64,000 nt of DNA from Phaeosaccion multiseriatum (taxonomy: Eukaryota; Protista; Ochrophyta, other classes). Below, piece after piece: positions 61,974 to 64,000 of this stretch; within the stretch, counting starts at the first letter, position 1; each line of letters begins with the position of its first letter. The translations under genes were made by a program, and so were the position numbers. The DNA is taken from the NCBI GenBank assembly GCA_965112735.1, contig OZ218953.1, positions 5,518,001 to 5,582,000 on the forward strand, written 5' to 3'. Under the pieces are notes generated by a model that worked only from the letters and a program-made list of their open reading frames with translations, had not been told where the DNA came from and ran no database searches.

Positions 61974-64000
61974 CAGGCAGACAGACAGAGAGAGAGACAG
62001 GCAGACAGACAGACAGAGAGAGAGGGGTGTCCAGTGCAGCCAAGCAGCGGAGAGGAGGAGGAGGAGTAAGAGGAGTAAGAGGAGGGAGGAAGGAAGGTGA
62101 ACGAGACCCCCCCTCAATCCCCTGAAAGGGCATGTTGCCGTATTTGGCCAAGCAAGGCAATCAGAGACAAGTCTTCTTCCCTTCCATGCTTCACTCTTGC
62201 CCCCCCCCCTCCTCCCCTCCCCACCTCAGTCCTTTCTTGCCCGTGGGCAGCTTGAGCATGACTGCGAAGAGCTCGTCGATCAGCAGGGAGCGGTGCCGTG
62301 TGTAGTGCGCGAACACGGCGTGAAGAACCCCCACTGAGCACAGCTGAAGAGCGTGCAGCTTGGATGCCTCAGCCGCCGAGGACTGCGTTATCAGCGTGGA
62401 CTTCAATTGAAGGCAAGGGAGGGGGAGGTGGGCGGGCGGGCAGGCACGCAAAGGAAGCAGTGAGAGGGAGTCAGCGTAAAAGGCCACCCTCCAGAGACCA
62501 GGCACATCGGAGGGCAGGTGGAGAGGCCGAGCACGGAAGCGTGGGAAAGCCTTGAGATTGGGGTAGAGCCTAAAGATGGGTGGAAATCTAGAGCCTACTG
62601 AATTGGAGGTGGGAGGGGGGGAAATATACCATTATGCCATTGGGAGCATGCGTGTGGAGGAGGCCAAGTGCCCCTTGAGGCACTGCACCGCAAGGCTCAA
62701 ACTCACACTGACCTGCATGGTGGAGCACAGAGTGAGTATGTGCCTGTCCTGCAGCTTCTTGCACACCAGGCCCTCCAGCTTGCCCACAAGCTCGTACACC
62801 TGGGGCAGCGTCTTCAGCAGCTCCCTATGGCAACAACAGGACAGGGCGTAGGCATAGGGTAGCGCATGCATGGTCAGGGGCACGCCACGGCTCGGTGAGA
62901 AGGGTCAGTAGATTGAGCTGGCCATTTCGACAAAGAGGGGCAAGCAAAGAGCTTGGGGGGGGGGCTCCCGAGTCGGGGCGGACGAGACAGACTGGGGAGG
63001 AAGGACAGGAGAAGAAGGGGCAGCAGGACTGGCTCGGCATCGCTTCTTACTTGCAGAGGGGTTTGACCCAGCCCGTCACCTCGTCTGCTTTGGTGGCCTT
63101 CTTCCTCTTCTTGCTGCTGCTGGCCGCCTTCTCCTTCCTCTTGCCACCGCTGGGGGCAGGGCTCGACAAGACTCCTCCCCCCTTCTCCTCCTCCTCTTCC
63201 TCTTCGCCTCTGGCACTAGCCCTGGCTGGAGCAGCTCCTGTACAGAGGTCTGCAATGCACTTCTCGAGTCTGGCGCTGCTCTCGGTGGGGTCGAAGCAGT
63301 AAGTGAAGTGCTGCGAGAGGTGCTGCTTAGTGAGGCCGATGACGTCGTCGATGAGGTCCTCGTCCAGCAGCAGGGGGTCCACAGAGGGGGTGGACAGCAC
63401 CATCAGGGCAGAGGTGGCGGCGAGCAGCGACAGCTTCAGGCAGGCCACCTCTTCCCTGAGAGCGCTCACCCCTGTGGAGGACGTCCCGTTGCTCGCGTGT
63501 TGGGCCTTGTGGGTGGGGTGCCGAGAGGCAGGGCAGGGCAGGTCAGGACGGTTGGGGGGGGGGGAGGCTGAAGAAACCCACCCACATCAGATCATTGCCT
63601 ACAATTACTTTCACCTCTCCTCTCTCTCTGACGGACCTGTTTGGCAGTGAGCTGGAAGAGGTCGATGCTCACCCCCACTCGCACAGCCCCCCCCAGGAGA
63701 CGCATGAAGGGCGCCAAAGTCTCCACTTTTACCTGGTGCAAGCACTTGAGGCGTCGCAGGGTGGACAAGCGTGCAAAGGCGCCCTGCAGCTGCTTGTACG
63801 ACAGCAGATTCTTCCTACTCGCAACCGCGTCGTTGTCTCTACCGCCGTCTGGGACGTGCTCTGTGCCATCGTACTGCCGGGCCTTGGTGCTCTGCCTCAC
63901 TTCACTGTCCTCGCACGACCCCACCAAGCCGTCGATGTAGTCTCCAAACTGCTCGATAACGTCCTTTGCGTTCTGCACGGCCTCGGAGCCTCCTTCTGAA
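52975..64000 (-). CDS. SCC2: Cohesin loader SCC2/NIPBL with a PHD finger; multi-exon, 5' part beyond the window
   Basis: FRPLLVNMVEDLL..LLLPEWPAAELVL, FRDEAISVREAAVDLVG, ERLLDKGVSVRKK, YRQGLLNPMDVVPYLLALQGD and LAHLPYEVQEEPLHVL (HEAT/Nipped-B_C features). PHD: CACG...MLDCDKCHRWFHGFCVG...WLCSEC. Confidence 0.93.
58811..59009. repeat. (GGA)n/(TCC)n microsatellite in an SCC2 intron
   Basis: Seen directly. Confidence 0.95.

Noticed and set aside
5521-64000. Autonomous transposons, viral insertions, rRNA or tRNA genes
   Set aside because: I recognised no RT, integrase, transposase or capsid motifs and no structural RNA signatures by eye. An Infernal/tRNAscan run would be needed to exclude small RNAs.

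Overview
Eukaryotic nuclear DNA: GC-rich, intron-rich and packed with microsatellites. The actin signatures and a bipartite plastid-targeting-like leader point to a photosynthetic stramenopile (ochrophyte); two cilia-associated LRR genes suggest it is flagellated. Bases 1-~5520 are a 10-bp tandem repeat (CCTAGACTGG)n with a CCTAGACCGG variant. It is quasi-palindromic, has no G/C strand skew and shows higher-order structure. It is either a new kind of chromosome-end repeat or a large intronic satellite, and it lies ~150 bp past an apparently unfinished gene. The rest holds 15 densely packed genes: LRRIQ3-like, EBP/EXPERA sterol isomerase-like, a plastid-targeted coiled-coil/SAP protein, MMSDH, actin, LRRC49-like, PDAT, a MAP3K, BOP1, dymeclin, TRM112, a GNAT, a TrhO/TSTD2-like rhodanese, an unknown protein and a 5'-partial SCC2/NIPBL with a PHD finger. 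All six + strand genes are head-to-head with a - strand gene. I also found 8-nt and 15-nt micro-exons, a GC-AG intron, a small TIR-bounded element, a recurrent TTTCAGTT promoter motif and two homopolymer frameshifts that are probably assembly errors. Gene models were spliced by eye and family calls come from recalled motifs; no database searches were run.
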